Of a DNA stretch of 64,000 bases, positions 30,902-41,721 are shown piece by piece (position 1 is the stretch's first letter; the number at the start of each line of letters is the position of its first letter). The notes under the pieces were generated by a model. That model saw only the letters and a list, made by a program, of their open reading frames with translations. It was not told where the DNA came from and searched no databases. The stretch is from Bryobacterales bacterium (GTDB taxonomy: Bacteria; Acidobacteriota; Terriglobia; Bryobacterales; UBA6623). Where the stretch lies: the NCBI GenBank assembly GCA_965248255.1, contig CBDFIW010000002.1, positions 276,162 to 340,161 of the forward strand, read 5' to 3'. A program made the position numbers and the translations under genes.

Positions 30902-33900
30902 TCAGGTTGCCCTTGTCGGCGTGGTGGCGGCGGGTTCCGGGACCAGGCGGTCGAGGAGCGACTTCAGGTGACCAAACACCTCCTTCGGTCTCCACTCGCC
31001 CTTGTGATGGGACGACCACTCCAGTTGCCCCTGGGGCGAGAAGCTGGCGCCGGGGGTGTCGGCGACGAAGCCCATGAGTTGTTCCGCGTCGACCTTCGAG
31101 TCTTCTCGGAAGCGCATGGTCCAGCGATTGCGCCGCCGCTCGATCACGGCGATGCGCATGCGCTCGGCCCGCGACTTGATCAGTCCATAGTGGATGAGGT
31201 TGAGGACGGGCTGTGGCAGCGAGCCGTATCGGTCCCGTAGCTCGGCAGCGGTCCGCTGCGCCTCGTCGTCCGTTCGGATTTGCGCCAACCGCTTGTAGGC
31301 CTGCAAGCGCTGCGTCTCGTCGGCGATGAAGTTCGGCGGAATGTGAACGTCCAACTGTAGCCGCAAAGACGCGTGGACGGCCTCCTCCACTTCCTCCCCT
31401 TCGAGCTTGCGGACGGTCTCATCAAGCAGCCGGCAATACGTCTCAAACCCGACCGCGGCGATCTGGCCGTGCTGCTCGGCCCCCAGCAGGTTCCCCGCTC
31501 CCCGCAACTCGAGATCCAGCGCGGCGATTTTGAACCCCGAGCCCAACTCGCTGAATTCCTTCAGCGCCGCCAGGCGTTTACGTGCTGCCGACGAGAGTTC
31601 CGCGTTCTCATCCACCAGCAGGTAGGCGTAAGCCCGGCGATTCGAGCGGCCCACGCGGCCACGAAGCTGGTACAGATCAGCCAACCCATAGCGGTCGGCG
31701 TTGTGAATCAAGATAGTGTTGGATAGGGGGATATCGAGCCCATTTTCTACAATAGTAGTAGACAACAGCACATCGCACTCGTGACGCATGAACTTGAGGA
31801 TCACTCTCTCGAGTTCCTTCTCCGCCATCTGCCCATGGCCGACGCCGATGCGGGCCTCCGGAACGAGTCCATGCAGGTAGGAGGCGATCTCCCAGATGTT
31901 TTCGACCCGGTTGTGGATGAAGTAAACCTGACCCCCGCGGACGATCTCCCGCTCGATGGCTGTGCGGATGATCGCATCACTTGTGGCCGCTACGACGGTT
32001 TGAATCGAGAGCCGATCTCGGGGCGGTGTCTGGATGACCGAGATGTCCCGCAGCCCTACCAACGACATATGTAGTGTTCGCGGGATCGGCGTTGCGGTAA
32101 GGGTCAGCACGTCGACGTTGCGGGTGATCTGCTTGAGCCGCTCCTTGTGCCGCACTCCGAAGCGCTGCTCCTCGTCGACCACCAACAAGCCAAGGTCGGC
32201 GAAGACGACGTCCTTCGAGAGCAGGCGGTGGGTTCCGATCACGATATCCACCTTGCCGGCAGCCACACGCTCGACAATCTCCTTCTGCTGCCGCGCCGTG
32301 CGAAAGCGGGTCAGCATTTCGATCTCAACCGGGAAGGCGGCGAAGCGCTGCCGGAAGGTCTCGTAGTGCTGGAACGCCAGGACGGTGGTGGGGGCGAGGA
32401 CCGCCGCCTGCTTGCCGTCTCCCAACGCTTTGAACAGAGCCCGCATGGCGACTTCGGTTTTGCCGAATCCGACGTCGCCGCACACCAAGCGATCCATGGG
32501 CCGATCGGATTCCATATCGCGCTTGATGTCGGCAATGGCGGTGAGCTGGTCGGGCGTCTCGGTGTACTCGAACGCCTCTTCGAACTCTCGCTGCCAGTTG
32601 CTGTCGGGTGAGAAGACGAAGCCCCCGGCTTTCTTGCGGGAGGCATAGAGCTTGAGGAGTTCGTCGGCCATATCGAGCAGCCGGGCCTTGACGCGCGACT
32701 TGGTACGCGTCCAAGTCTGGCCGCCCATGCGGTCGAGCGCCGGGGCGCGCCCGCCGGCGCCGTGGTATTTCTGCAGCAGGTCGAGCCGCGAGAGCGGCAA
32801 ATAGAGCCGGGCCTGCTCGGCAAACTCGATCAGCATCAAGTCTTCGGGCCGGCCGGCATGCTCGATCTGTTTGACGCCGCGATAGCGCCCGATGCCATGC
32901 TCGGCGTGTACCACCAGGTCGCCCTCCTTGAGGTCCTGCAAGTCAGCCAGAAAGGTCGATAGAGCCGACTTGCGCTTCTCCGGTCTGGCGACGAGGTCTG
33001 AGGCGGCGAAGATATCTTCATGCCCATAGAGAATCAGCCCTGCGTCGGCTAGTACCGTGCCCGCGCGAATAGGAGCCTCGGCAAGCAGCGTGCTCGAAAC
33101 CGGGCCCGCCAAATACGCCTTCTCTTCGAGATAGGGGCTGCCGGCTTTCGAGGGATCTCTGAGACCGAGCTGGTAGCTCAGGCGGTATTCACCCAAGATA
33201 TCGGCCATGCGCTCGACATCTCCGGGAGAGTGCACGGCGATCAGAGCCTGTTTGCCGCTCTTGACTTGGCCTTCCAACTCCCGAACAAACTGCGGGATGT
33301 TGCCTTGGAACCGCGGCGTGGGCCGGGACGAGATGTGGAGCGTTTCGCCGGCACTCTCACGCCCCACTCCTTCGAGTCCCAGTTCCTCCAGGTAGATCTG
33401 ATGGACCCTCCCCACACGCTCCTGGAAGCTCTCCAACGTGAAGTAGAAGGAGTCCGGAGGCGGCGCATCCGAGCCAACCATTCTGTGCGCCGAGGTCAGG
33501 CGCTCGCGGTGCTTCTCGGCTTCCGAGGCGATCGCGGCCGCTTCGCTCCACACCACCAGAGGCCTCTCGATCAGCGCGAGCAGGCAGTGGGAGCGTGCTT
33601 CGGCCGAGGTGGCATCAAACTCCCAGCCGGTGGGCAGGAACGAGGTCTCCTCATCGGCATCCGCGCCGACGGGCTCGCCATCCAACGGGTACTCCGTCAA
33701 TGGCAGCAGCAGCACTTCGTCGACACGCTGTACCGACTTCTGTGACTCGGGATCGAACTCGCGCATAGACTCGACTTGGTCACCGAACAGCTCGATCCGC
33801 ACCGGATACGAGGCCTCGGGCGGATAGACGTCGACGATCCCACCGCGGACCGCGTACTGCCCCACCATCTCAACCGGTTCGTGGCGTTCATAGCCGACCG

Positions 33901-34414
33901 CGATCAAACGGCGCTCGAGATCCTCGACCGCCAGCTGATCGGCCGTCTGCACCCGCAGCGCCAGGTCTTTGACAAAATCCGGTCCCGCGACCCGTAGCAA
34001 CGCCGAACGGATGGGTGTCACGACGACCGACGCGCTGCCGTCCACCATGCGCCACAAGCCCATGCCGCGCTTCTCACCGATCTCGGCGTGAGGCGAGAGC
34101 CCGTCGTAGGGGGTGACATCATGCGCGGGCAGGACAAGCGGAGGGCACCGATGCTGAGACACGTCGAGCAGCTCGAGAAAAGCCGCCAGTGCCTCCGTCA
34201 TCGTCTCGGCGACCGAGCCGTTCTCGACCAGCATCACTACGGGGCGGTCGGTCTGCTTGTAGAGAAACGCAGTGTAGAGGGCCTTGGCCGTCGCGTTGAG
34301 GCCCGTCAGGTGGCACGTTACGGGCGGTCGGCCTTGCAGAGACTCCAGCGCCACCCGCAACGAGGGATGGCGCGCCGCACGCTCGAAGAACTCTCGCAGA
34401 CCGGGAAGAATCAA
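30902..34414 (-). CDS. mfd: Transcription-repair coupling factor
   Basis: UvrB-like module, VHAEHGIG, CGDVGFGKTEVA, DEEQRFG, TATPIPRTL, QLRGRVGR and DLELRGAGNLLG. Confidence 0.97.
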   Translation of the reverse strand: MILPGLREFFERAARHPSLRVALESLQGRPPVTCHLTGLNATAKALYTAFLYKQTDRPVVMLVENGSVAETMTEALAAFLELLDVSQHRCPPLVLPAHDVTPYDGLSPHAEIGEKRGMGLWRMVDGSASVVVTPIRSALLRVAGPDFVKDLALRVQTADQLAVEDLERRLIAVGYERHEPVEMVGQYAVRGGIVDVYPPEASYPVRIELFGDQVESMREFDPESQKSVQRVDEVLLLPLTEYPLDGEPVGADADEETSFLPTGWEFDATSAEARSHCLLALIERPLVVWSEAAAIASEAEKHRERLTSAHRMVGSDAPPPDSFYFTLESFQERVGRVHQIYLEELGLEGVGRESAGETLHISSRPTPRFQGNIPQFVRELEGQVKSGKQALIAVHSPGDVERMADILGEYRLSYQLGLRDPSKAGSPYLEEKAYLAGPVSSTLLAEAPIRAGTVLADAGLILYGHEDIFAASDLVARPEKRKSALSTFLADLQDLKEGDLVVHAEHGIGRYRGVKQIEHAGRPEDLMLIEFAEQARLYLPLSRLDLLQKYHGAGGRAPALDRMGGQTWTRTKSRVKARLLDMADELLKLYASRKKAGGFVFSPDSNWQREFEEAFEYTETPDQLTAIADIKRDMESDRPMDRLVCGDVGFGKTEVAMRALFKALGDGKQAAVLAPTTVLAFQHYETFRQRFAAFPVEIEMLTRFRTARQQKEIVERVAAGKVDIVIGTHRLLSKDVVFADLGLLVVDEEQRFGVRHKERLKQITRNVDVLTLTATPIPRTLHMSLVGLRDISVIQTPPRDRLSIQTVVAATSDAIIRTAIEREIVRGGQVYFIHNRVENIWEIASYLHGLVPEARIGVGHGQMAEKELERVILKFMRHECDVLLSTTIVENGLDIPLSNTILIHNADRYGLADLYQLRGRVGRSNRRAYAYLLVDENAELSSAARKRLAALKEFSELGSGFKIAALDLELRGAGNLLGAEQHGQIAAVGFETYCRLLDETVRKLEGEEVEEAVHASLRLQLDVHIPPNFIADETQRLQAYKRLAQIRTDDEAQRTAAELRDRYGSLPQPVLNLIHYGLIKSRAERMRIAVIERRRNRWTMRFREDSKVDAEQLMGFVADTPGASFSPQGQLEWSSHHKGEWRPKEVFGHLKSLLDRLVPEPAATTPTRAT

Positions 34415-34884
34415 GGGTTTCGATCGAGGATCGCCTGGACCAAGTCGGTCGTCGAGTACCCAGGCTCAACGGGAATCGGGAAGACCCGGCCTCCGGCGTC
34501 TTCGACGATCTCGCGGCCCGCGATCCAATGGGACCAATCGGCGCCTTTGACGAGGATATCCGGGAGCACGCGTTCAAGCAACTCGCAGGGTGTTTCTTCT
34601 TCGAAGATGGTCACGGCATCGACGGCCGCGAAGCCGGCCAGCGTTTGCGCGCGTTCGGTCTCAGGAAGGATGGGCCGCTCGGGACCCTTCAGCCGACGAA
34701 CGCTCTCATCGCCGTTAATCGCCACCAGCAAGGCGTCGCCCTGGGATCGCGCCGCCTCGAACAGACGAGCGTGACCCGGGTGTAACAAGTCGAAACAGCC
34801 GTTCGTGAATACCGTGACTTTTCCCTGCCGGCGCAGAGCCTGGCGCAGAGCCACGAACTCTTCCTGTGAGACGGCAACTCCCAT
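34411..34884 (-). CDS. RfaE domain II-type nucleotidyltransferase (heptose-1-phosphate adenylyltransferase-like)
   Basis: FTNGCFDLLHPGH, SVRRLKG..RP, LVKGAD and GYSTT. Confidence 0.9.
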   Translation of the reverse strand: MGVAVSQEEFVALRQALRRQGKVTVFTNGCFDLLHPGHARLFEAARSQGDALLVAINGDESVRRLKGPERPILPETERAQTLAGFAAVDAVTIFEEETPCELLERVLPDILVKGADWSHWIAGREIVEDAGGRVFPIPVEPGYSTTDLVQAILDRNP

Positions 34885-34974
34885 CAAGGTTTCCCTCAAT
34901 TCTAACCTTTATCCCGGGCCAGGATACGGTCTCTGCTCGGTGACAGCAGGGGTATTTCCTCCCAGCGGCGCCTA

Positions 34975-36068
34975 TTGAGTCCCGCAAATTATTATGACAC
35001 TTTTTGACAGTGTGGAGCATCTATATATGTATGGGCAACCCCAAAGGTGTGAAGCGGGATTTCAAGGCGCTGGAGAAGCGCCGTTTCGAAGCGATGCGGC
35101 TGCTCCACCAAGGCCACAATCAGTCCGAGACGGCGAGACGGCTGAACGTCGCTCGCCAAACCGTCAGTGAGTGGCGGCGGCAATACCGCGAGCAGGGTGC
35201 GGCCGGACTCCGCCAGGCCGGGCGCGCCGGACGCAAGCCGCTCCTCGATGCCGCACAACGCGAACGCCTGACGTCGCTGCTGCTGGAAGGCCCGGAAGCC
35301 CACGGCTTCCCAACGCCCCTGTGGAGCTGTCCGCGGGTGGCTCGGCTGACCGGAGACGAGTTCGGGGTCGCATACCACGCAGGCCACGCCTGGAAGATCC
35401 TGCGAGCGCTCGACTGGAGCCCGCAACGCCCGGCCGGAAAGGCGCGCGAGCGCAACGAAGAGCGGATCCGCACCTGGAAGCGCAAGACCTGGAAGCGCAT
35501 TAAAAAAAAGCCCAAAACGAAGGCCGTACGCTCGTCTTCATCGACGAAAGCGGATTGAGTCAGAAGCCGCATCGCTGCCGCACCTGGGCGCCACGTGGCC
35601 AAACACCGGTGCTGCAGTTTAACTTCAACTGGGAGAAGCTTTCCGTCTCGGCGGGGCTGACGCTGCGTAACTTCTACTTCCGGCTCTATCCCGGTGCGAT
35701 CGGCAAAGAGCAAGTGACCGACTTTCTCAAGGCGTTGGTACGTCATATCGATCGCCCGCTGCTGATCGTCTGGGATCGGCTGCCGGCGCACCGTAGCCGC
35801 CTGGTGCAAGAGTTCATCGAACTCTCCGAAGGCCACATCGCAACCGAGTACTTGCCACCCTATGCGCCGGAGTTGAATCCGGTGGAATACATCTGGGCTT
35901 ACTGGAAGCAGCACGAGTTGCCGAACGTCTGTCCGAAAGACTACGGCGAGCTGAACGAGCGGGCCCGCAAGGCACTCCGCCGCATGTACCGCAAACCGCG
36001 TTTGATCACGGCCTTCTGGAAACAGTCTTCTCTTTGTTTTGACTGACTCTATATTATGCGGGAGTCAA
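34975..36068 (+). mobile_element. IS630 family element, two ORFs (35031-35558 and ~35510-36046) joined by an A8G slip site
   Basis: TIRs TTGAGTCCCGCAAATTAT and ATATTATGCGGGAGTCAA, TA duplication; FIDESG, VWDRLPAH and PYAPELNPVE motifs. Confidence 0.92.
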
Positions 36069-36176
36069 TAAGGGGGCACGCCCAGGCGATATCAGCTATG
36101 ACGCCCATAGCCGCTATCAGGGTGCTTCTGATAGAATCCGTAACAAGAAACCACCTTTCTGCTCTAGAAAACTGCG

Positions 36177-37466
36177 ATGGCCAGCTCTTCTACTTTCGAA
36201 CCCGCTACCCCGACGGGACCTTCTCCCCACTACGGTGACCGCTTCTTCCCTCGCGCCCCCGAGGGCGCCCTCGACCTGGGTGTGCCGCACAACATTCTCG
36301 TCGACTTGATGCTGAAGATGACGATGCTCGAGGGCGTCACGACCCTGAGCCGTCTCTCCAACACCATGAAGGTCTCGGTGCCGATCTGCGACTCCACTTT
36401 TCATCACCTGCGCCACGAACAGTTCGTCGAAGTCAAGGGGATGAAGGGCAATGACTACGAGTTCTCGCTGACCGCGACGGGACGCAAGGTGGCCCAGGAC
36501 CGCTATGCCATCAGCCAGTACGTCGGACCCGTGCCCGTACCGCTCGACACCTATACCCAGGCCGTGCGCGAGCAGGCCGCACGGAACCGCGTCAGCCGGG
36601 AATATCTGAGGAAGGTCTTCTACGACCTGGTGCTGCCCGACGAGACGCTCGACCAGTTAGGTCCGGCGATTATCTCGAACTCGCAGATCTTCCTCTACGG
36701 CTCGACCGGCAACGGCAAGACCAGCATCGCTGAGAGGCTCGTGCGCATTTTTGACGACACGGTTTATCTGCCCTACGCCATCGAGGTGCAAGGGCAGATT
36801 CTCAACGTCTTCGACTCCGTGGTCCACCAGCCTCTCGAGAGCGAGGAAAACTCCGACGAGCGCTGGATCCGTTGCGAGCGGCCGTGCATCGCGGTGGGCG
36901 GCGAGATGGTGCAGGAGATGCTCGAACTGCGCTATGAAACCACGCTCGGCTACTACACCGCTCCGCTGCAGATGAAGGCCAACAACGGCCTTTTTATCGT
37001 CGACGACTTCGGTCGCCAGATGATCACCCCGCGCGATCTGCTCAACCGCTGGATCGTGCCACTGGACCGCGGCATCGACTTTCTGTCTCTGCGGACCGGC
37101 GTGAAGTTCCCGATCCCGTTCGAGACAATGGTCATCTTCTCGACCAACCTGGATCCGCGCCAGTTGGCGGACGAAGCCTTCTTGCGGCGCATCCAGAACA
37201 AGATCAAGGTCGAGACCATCTCGCCCGAGATCTTCGATAGGATCCTACAGCGCATCTGCGAAGCGGCCAAGATCCCGTGGACGCCGGAGGCTTCTGAGTA
37301 CGTGCGCCAACGTTGCTGCGCTGACGGCCGCAAGCCCCTGCTGCGGGCCTGCTATCCGCGCGATGTCGTTTTGATCCTCCAAAACATCGCGGAATACGAG
37401 AACCGTGAGCCCAGTCTCGACCCGGCCGACGTCAATCGGGCCATCGGACTCTACTTCGCCCGCTAG
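36177..37466 (+). CDS. AAA+ ATPase of unknown function
   Basis: YGSTGNGKT Walker A, MKANNGLFIVDDFGRQ Walker B, FSTNL and DEAFLRRI. Confidence 0.8.
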   Translation: MASSSTFEPATPTGPSPHYGDRFFPRAPEGALDLGVPHNILVDLMLKMTMLEGVTTLSRLSNTMKVSVPICDSTFHHLRHEQFVEVKGMKGNDYEFSLTATGRKVAQDRYAISQYVGPVPVPLDTYTQAVREQAARNRVSREYLRKVFYDLVLPDETLDQLGPAIISNSQIFLYGSTGNGKTSIAERLVRIFDDTVYLPYAIEVQGQILNVFDSVVHQPLESEENSDERWIRCERPCIAVGGEMVQEMLELRYETTLGYYTAPLQMKANNGLFIVDDFGRQMITPRDLLNRWIVPLDRGIDFLSLRTGVKFPIPFETMVIFSTNLDPRQLADEAFLRRIQNKIKVETISPEIFDRILQRICEAAKIPWTPEASEYVRQRCCADGRKPLLRACYPRDVVLILQNIAEYENREPSLDPADVNRAIGLYFAR

Positions 37467-37477
37467 CCTTAAACTAG

Positions 37478-38305
37478 GGCGTGTTAACACTAAGTCGCAA
37501 AAGCTGCTATACTCGGAGGTATGGAGATCACCGAGCAGCAATACCGCCGCATCGAGCCGGTCCTGCCCCGCCAGCGCGGCAATGTGAGCCTGCCGAACCT
37601 CACGGTTTTGAACGCCATGTTGTATGTCGCCGAGCAGGGCTGCAAATGGCGCGGCTTGCCTAAACGCTTCGGTAACTGGCACACCATTTATACCCGCATG
37701 AACCGCTGGTCGAAGAACGGCGTGCTCGACGCCGTCTTCGAGAAACTGCAGCGCGAGCAGCTGGTCCGCATCCGAATCGAAGCCGTGTCAATGGACTCGA
37801 CCATCGTGAAGGTTCATCCCGACGGCACGGGCGCGTTAAAAAAACGGTCCGCAAGCGATCGGCAAATCCCGCGGCGGATGGACCACCAAGATTCATATGG
37901 TTGCCGCAAATGCTCGAACGGCGATAACCTTCGCTCTCTCGCCCGGCCAAGCGCACGACGCCCAGCAGGGCCGCGAACTTGCTCGGTGGTCTGGGGCCAC
38001 TGCCCGAGCCGCTGCCGCTGCTGATGGACGGCGCCTATGAGGACGATCAGACACGCCAACTGGCTTTGGATTTCGGATGGATTCCCGTCGTGCCGCCCCG
38101 GCGCACCCGCCTGGAGCCGTGGGAATACGACCGAGCGCTCTATCGCCGCCGCAACGAGATCGAGAGACTCTTCCGACGGCTCAAGGGATTCCGCCGCATC
38201 TTCTCCCGCTTCGACAAGCTCGACGTCATGTTCCTCGCCTTCCCCCACTTCGCCCTCATCGTCGAGGCTCTACGTTTCGATACCCTACGTTAGCGTTAAC
38301 ACGCC
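37478..38305 (+). mobile_element. IS5 family (IS427-like) element, copy 2, defective
   Basis: 828 bp, near-identical inverted copy of 22575-23402, CTAG on both sides, same extra base near 37980. Confidence 0.9.
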
Positions 38306-39044
38306 CTAGTCCATCCGCACCTGCGCGAATTGCGTCTCGTGCGTCTTCCTCGGTAGCGACGTGAACAACCGCCAACTTCTCTCTGTGATGAGTCGCTCTG
38401 ACAAGTGCGGACAACGTTTCGGAAGTCAGCTTCGGCAGCGCATTCCCCTCACCCTGCAAAGCGGCCAAGTCGTCGTAAATGATCTTGATGTAGTCAGACC
38501 CCTCCGCGATGCGAGCATCAACGAACACCTGGGCTTCTTCCGCTCTTGAAATCGTTGGAACCTCCGCTGGTCCTCCCATCTGCGTCGGATGGCCACCGGG
38601 CGCGGTTGCGCCGAAGCCCGCCGTCCGAAGATCCGCCAATCCGGGGGGATCCTCTGACTCTATTCTCTTGAGAGTGTTCAGTCTTTCGCCGCCGCTGAAC
38701 ATGTCAAGAACGGTGGTGACTCCTAGTGAGAGCGCTTGGCCCAGCGAGTTCTTCGGCGGTCCGGCAATATGTACGTGCGAATCGATGAGTCCCGGAAGAA
38801 GGGTCAGTCCATCTCCGGGAATGACGGTTGCCCCTTCTACCTCGGGCCGGGACTGGCCCACGTGCGAAATCCGGCCGTTTTGGAGAACCACGTTGCGTGA
38901 GGGCAACAGTGTTGTACCGTCAAAGACTCGAACATCACGGATTAGCACGAAGTCGCTGGACGGCTGGCAAATCGCACGAGGCACCCACGAGAGCGGGGTC
39001 AGCGAGCCAACGAATGCAATGACGTAGGCGGATGGTCTTCGCAC
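38306..39044 (-). pseudogene. Amidohydrolase family protein, 3'-truncated at IS5
   Basis: LIRDVRVFDG, LLPGLIDSHVH, GVTTVLDM, GSDYIKI and VVHV; ends at AGADGL at the IS boundary. Confidence 0.85.
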
Positions 39045-39190
39045 GCGGGACTATCCTCTACGAAGCACTACGAGACTTGCGGTGCTTAAGTTCCGACAAG
39101 TCCCGGTTTGAGGAAGTCGGTGGGGCTAGTGGAACTAACCCCTGCCCTCCGTCTTTGTGCCCCTCCGCACCACCATGCTAGATTTCGTGG

Positions 39191-40786
39191 ATGGCCGGAG
39201 CGCCCCCTAGCCGCACATGGACCGCCCTTCTGCTCGAGCGCCCCCTGCCCTGGTTCCTGCTCCTCCAGTTCGGCCTGCTGTTCCACAACCTGGACCTGCT
39301 TCCCATTTGGGGCGACGAGCAATTCACCCTCAACGTCATCCGCCAGCCCTGGTCGGCGATTCCTCCGATCCTGCAAGCCGACATTCACCCACCGATCTAC
39401 TACTTCCTCGCCCGCCTGTGGACGCAACTGCCTTGGCCCGGCAGCGACATCGCCGAGCTGCGCGCCCTCTCGGCAGCGATCTGCTTGCTCTCGACGGTCG
39501 TTGTCGATTTCCTGTGGGTCCGCAACACCTCCAAGACGACACGCCTGTGGTTCCTCACGCTGTGGTGCCTCTCACCGACGCTGCTGATGTATTCGCGCAT
39601 GGGACGCTCGTATAGCCTGCAGTTGCTCGTTTCGGCCCTGACGATCCACTTCGCCGTGCGGTTTCTCGAAGAGCCTTCGTCCCGCCGCCGGCTGCTGACC
39701 TATTCCTGCGCCGCGGGGGTGCTGCTCTACATTCACTACCTGCCCGGACTCGCCGTCGCCGTCGCCACGGCCCTGATCTTGGCCGTACGATGGGTTCGGC
39801 AGCGGCAACGTGACCTCGTAGCGCCGCTCCTTGTCTCGAACGGCATCGTGGCCCTGCTCTATCTCCCCTGGGTGGCGACGCTGGCTGAATCGATATCGCG
39901 TGTTTCTCGTGTCGAGCCCTACCGGCTCGTTCAAGACTTCGTGCTCGAAACCGCGGTCAAGCTCGCCTACTGGTTCACGTCGTTCACGTTCGGCGAGGCC
40001 TTTCCAATCTGGGCCATCCTGCTGGGCCTGCTTGTTGGACCGGGGGCCCTTTGGCTGCTGTGGCACGGGTGCAAGACGGAGCCCCAGCCGTCCAAGCAGC
40101 TCCGCTGGCCGGCCTTGGTGGGCCTAGTCGCCCTGATCGGCTATCTCGGCGCCACGGCCTGGGTCACCTTCGCCTTCGTGGGCGCCCGCCTGCTATTCGT
40201 GCTTCCGTTCTACTTGCTGTTGTTGCTCGCCGGACGCGAGCGCAGGCCTCGCGCTGGAACCGTTATCTGCGGGGGCCTGCTCGTGGTTTCGCTCGGATCT
40301 CTGACCTCGTACTTCAGCAAGCAAGGCTTTCTGAACCAGGGTTATCTGGTTCCGTTCGGCGAGATCGCCCGCTACGTCCACGCGAACTCGACAGCCGCCG
40401 GGGCCCCCGCTACCAGAACCCTGCTGCTCGTGGAAGGCTACAACACCGACCCCTCACCTCTGCTCACCTCGCTCGACGGACAGATCGAAACCATAAAGAT
40501 CCGGGGCGAACCAACCGAAACCCTGGCGTCGAAACTCGTCAACGAGCGACGCCTCGACACCATCTGGTACCTACGCAACACGCACGACATCTCACCCGGC
40601 GGCGTCATCAGCCGGATCGAGTCAGAAGCCGCGGCACACTACCACGCCCAAGAGCATCTCTTCGTGCCCTACTCCACGGCGGACCAGTGGATGGCGCGGC
40701 TGCTCGGCTGGCCGCCGCGGACGCACCACTACCGGCTGACTGAATTTCGCAATCCGCAGGAAACATCGACGCCAGAACAACGTTGA
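39191..40786 (+). CDS. GT-C fold membrane glycosyltransferase (GT39/ArnT-like)
   Basis: IWGDE, DIHPPIYY, YSRMGRSYSL and YIHY with multiple TM helices. Confidence 0.8.
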   Translation: MAGAPPSRTWTALLLERPLPWFLLLQFGLLFHNLDLLPIWGDEQFTLNVIRQPWSAIPPILQADIHPPIYYFLARLWTQLPWPGSDIAELRALSAAICLLSTVVVDFLWVRNTSKTTRLWFLTLWCLSPTLLMYSRMGRSYSLQLLVSALTIHFAVRFLEEPSSRRRLLTYSCAAGVLLYIHYLPGLAVAVATALILAVRWVRQRQRDLVAPLLVSNGIVALLYLPWVATLAESISRVSRVEPYRLVQDFVLETAVKLAYWFTSFTFGEAFPIWAILLGLLVGPGALWLLWHGCKTEPQPSKQLRWPALVGLVALIGYLGATAWVTFAFVGARLLFVLPFYLLLLLAGRERRPRAGTVICGGLLVVSLGSLTSYFSKQGFLNQGYLVPFGEIARYVHANSTAAGAPATRTLLLVEGYNTDPSPLLTSLDGQIETIKIRGEPTETLASKLVNERRLDTIWYLRNTHDISPGGVISRIESEAAAHYHAQEHLFVPYSTADQWMARLLGWPPRTHHYRLTEFRNPQETSTPEQR

Positions 40787-40804
40787 AACAGGAGAGGCCT
40801 TGAC

Positions 40805-41701
40805 ATGGCCGCTACCCCGCTCCGCATCATGGTCGCCCGCCATTCGGCGTTCTACAGTCCACTCATTTCGACGATCGCCGGCGGCTTTCTCCAGGACGAA
40901 GGCATCGAAGCCACCTACGCCGAGCTGCCGCCCGGCGACCGCTCGCATCCGCTCCTCAAAAGCGGTCAAGTGGACGTTATGCAGTCGGCGCCCGGCTCGA
41001 ACTGGGGCCCGATGGAGCGCGGCGAGAGCGACCTGCCGGTTCACTTCGCGCTGATCAATCGCCGCGACGGGTTCTTTCTCGCCTCACGCCGGCACGAGTC
41101 GCATTTCGGCTGGAAGAACCTAGAGGGCTCCACCCTACTCGCCGATCACGGACGCCAACCGCTGTTGATGCTCCAGTACGCGGTCCACGTACAAGGTGTC
41201 GACTGGAGCAAGATCGACGTGCTCGACGCCGGCCGCGTGGACGAGATCGACGCTGCGTTCCGGTCGGGCCAAGGGGACTATGTCCATCAGCAAGGCCCCG
41301 CGCCGCAGCAGCTTCAGCGCGAGGAGCGGGCGCACCTAGTGGCCTCGGTTGGAGAGGCTATGCCCGAAGTAGCGTTCAGCACCCTGATGGCGACTCGCGA
41401 GTTCCTCGCTACCAAGAGGGCTCTAGCGTTTCTCCGCGCCTATCGCCGCTCGCGCGAGTGGGTGCGGGAAGCGCCGCCGGACCAGGTGGCGGAGAAGGAA
41501 GCCTCATTCTTCGACGGCATCGACCCCCAAGCTCTCAGCACCACGATCGCGCGCTACCAACAGGTCGGGTGCTGGACCGGCGACCTGATCATCGCCCGTG
41601 ACCTCTACGAACAAGCCTTGACCGTGTTCCTGCACGGCGCGGCCATCACCAAACGCCACCCCTACGAAGAGGTTGTCGTTCCTCCTCCCGCCGAGCCGTG
41701 A
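40805..41701 (+). CDS. NMT1/THI5-like ABC substrate-binding fold protein
   Basis: HSAFYSP, GFLQDEGIE, RDGFFL and FGWKNLEG; no obvious signal peptide. Confidence 0.7.
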   Translation: MAATPLRIMVARHSAFYSPLISTIAGGFLQDEGIEATYAELPPGDRSHPLLKSGQVDVMQSAPGSNWGPMERGESDLPVHFALINRRDGFFLASRRHESHFGWKNLEGSTLLADHGRQPLLMLQYAVHVQGVDWSKIDVLDAGRVDEIDAAFRSGQGDYVHQQGPAPQQLQREERAHLVASVGEAMPEVAFSTLMATREFLATKRALAFLRAYRRSREWVREAPPDQVAEKEASFFDGIDPQALSTTIARYQQVGCWTGDLIIARDLYEQALTVFLHGAAITKRHPYEEVVVPPPAEP

Positions 41702-41721
41702 CCGTAAGGGAGCGGTCCGGT

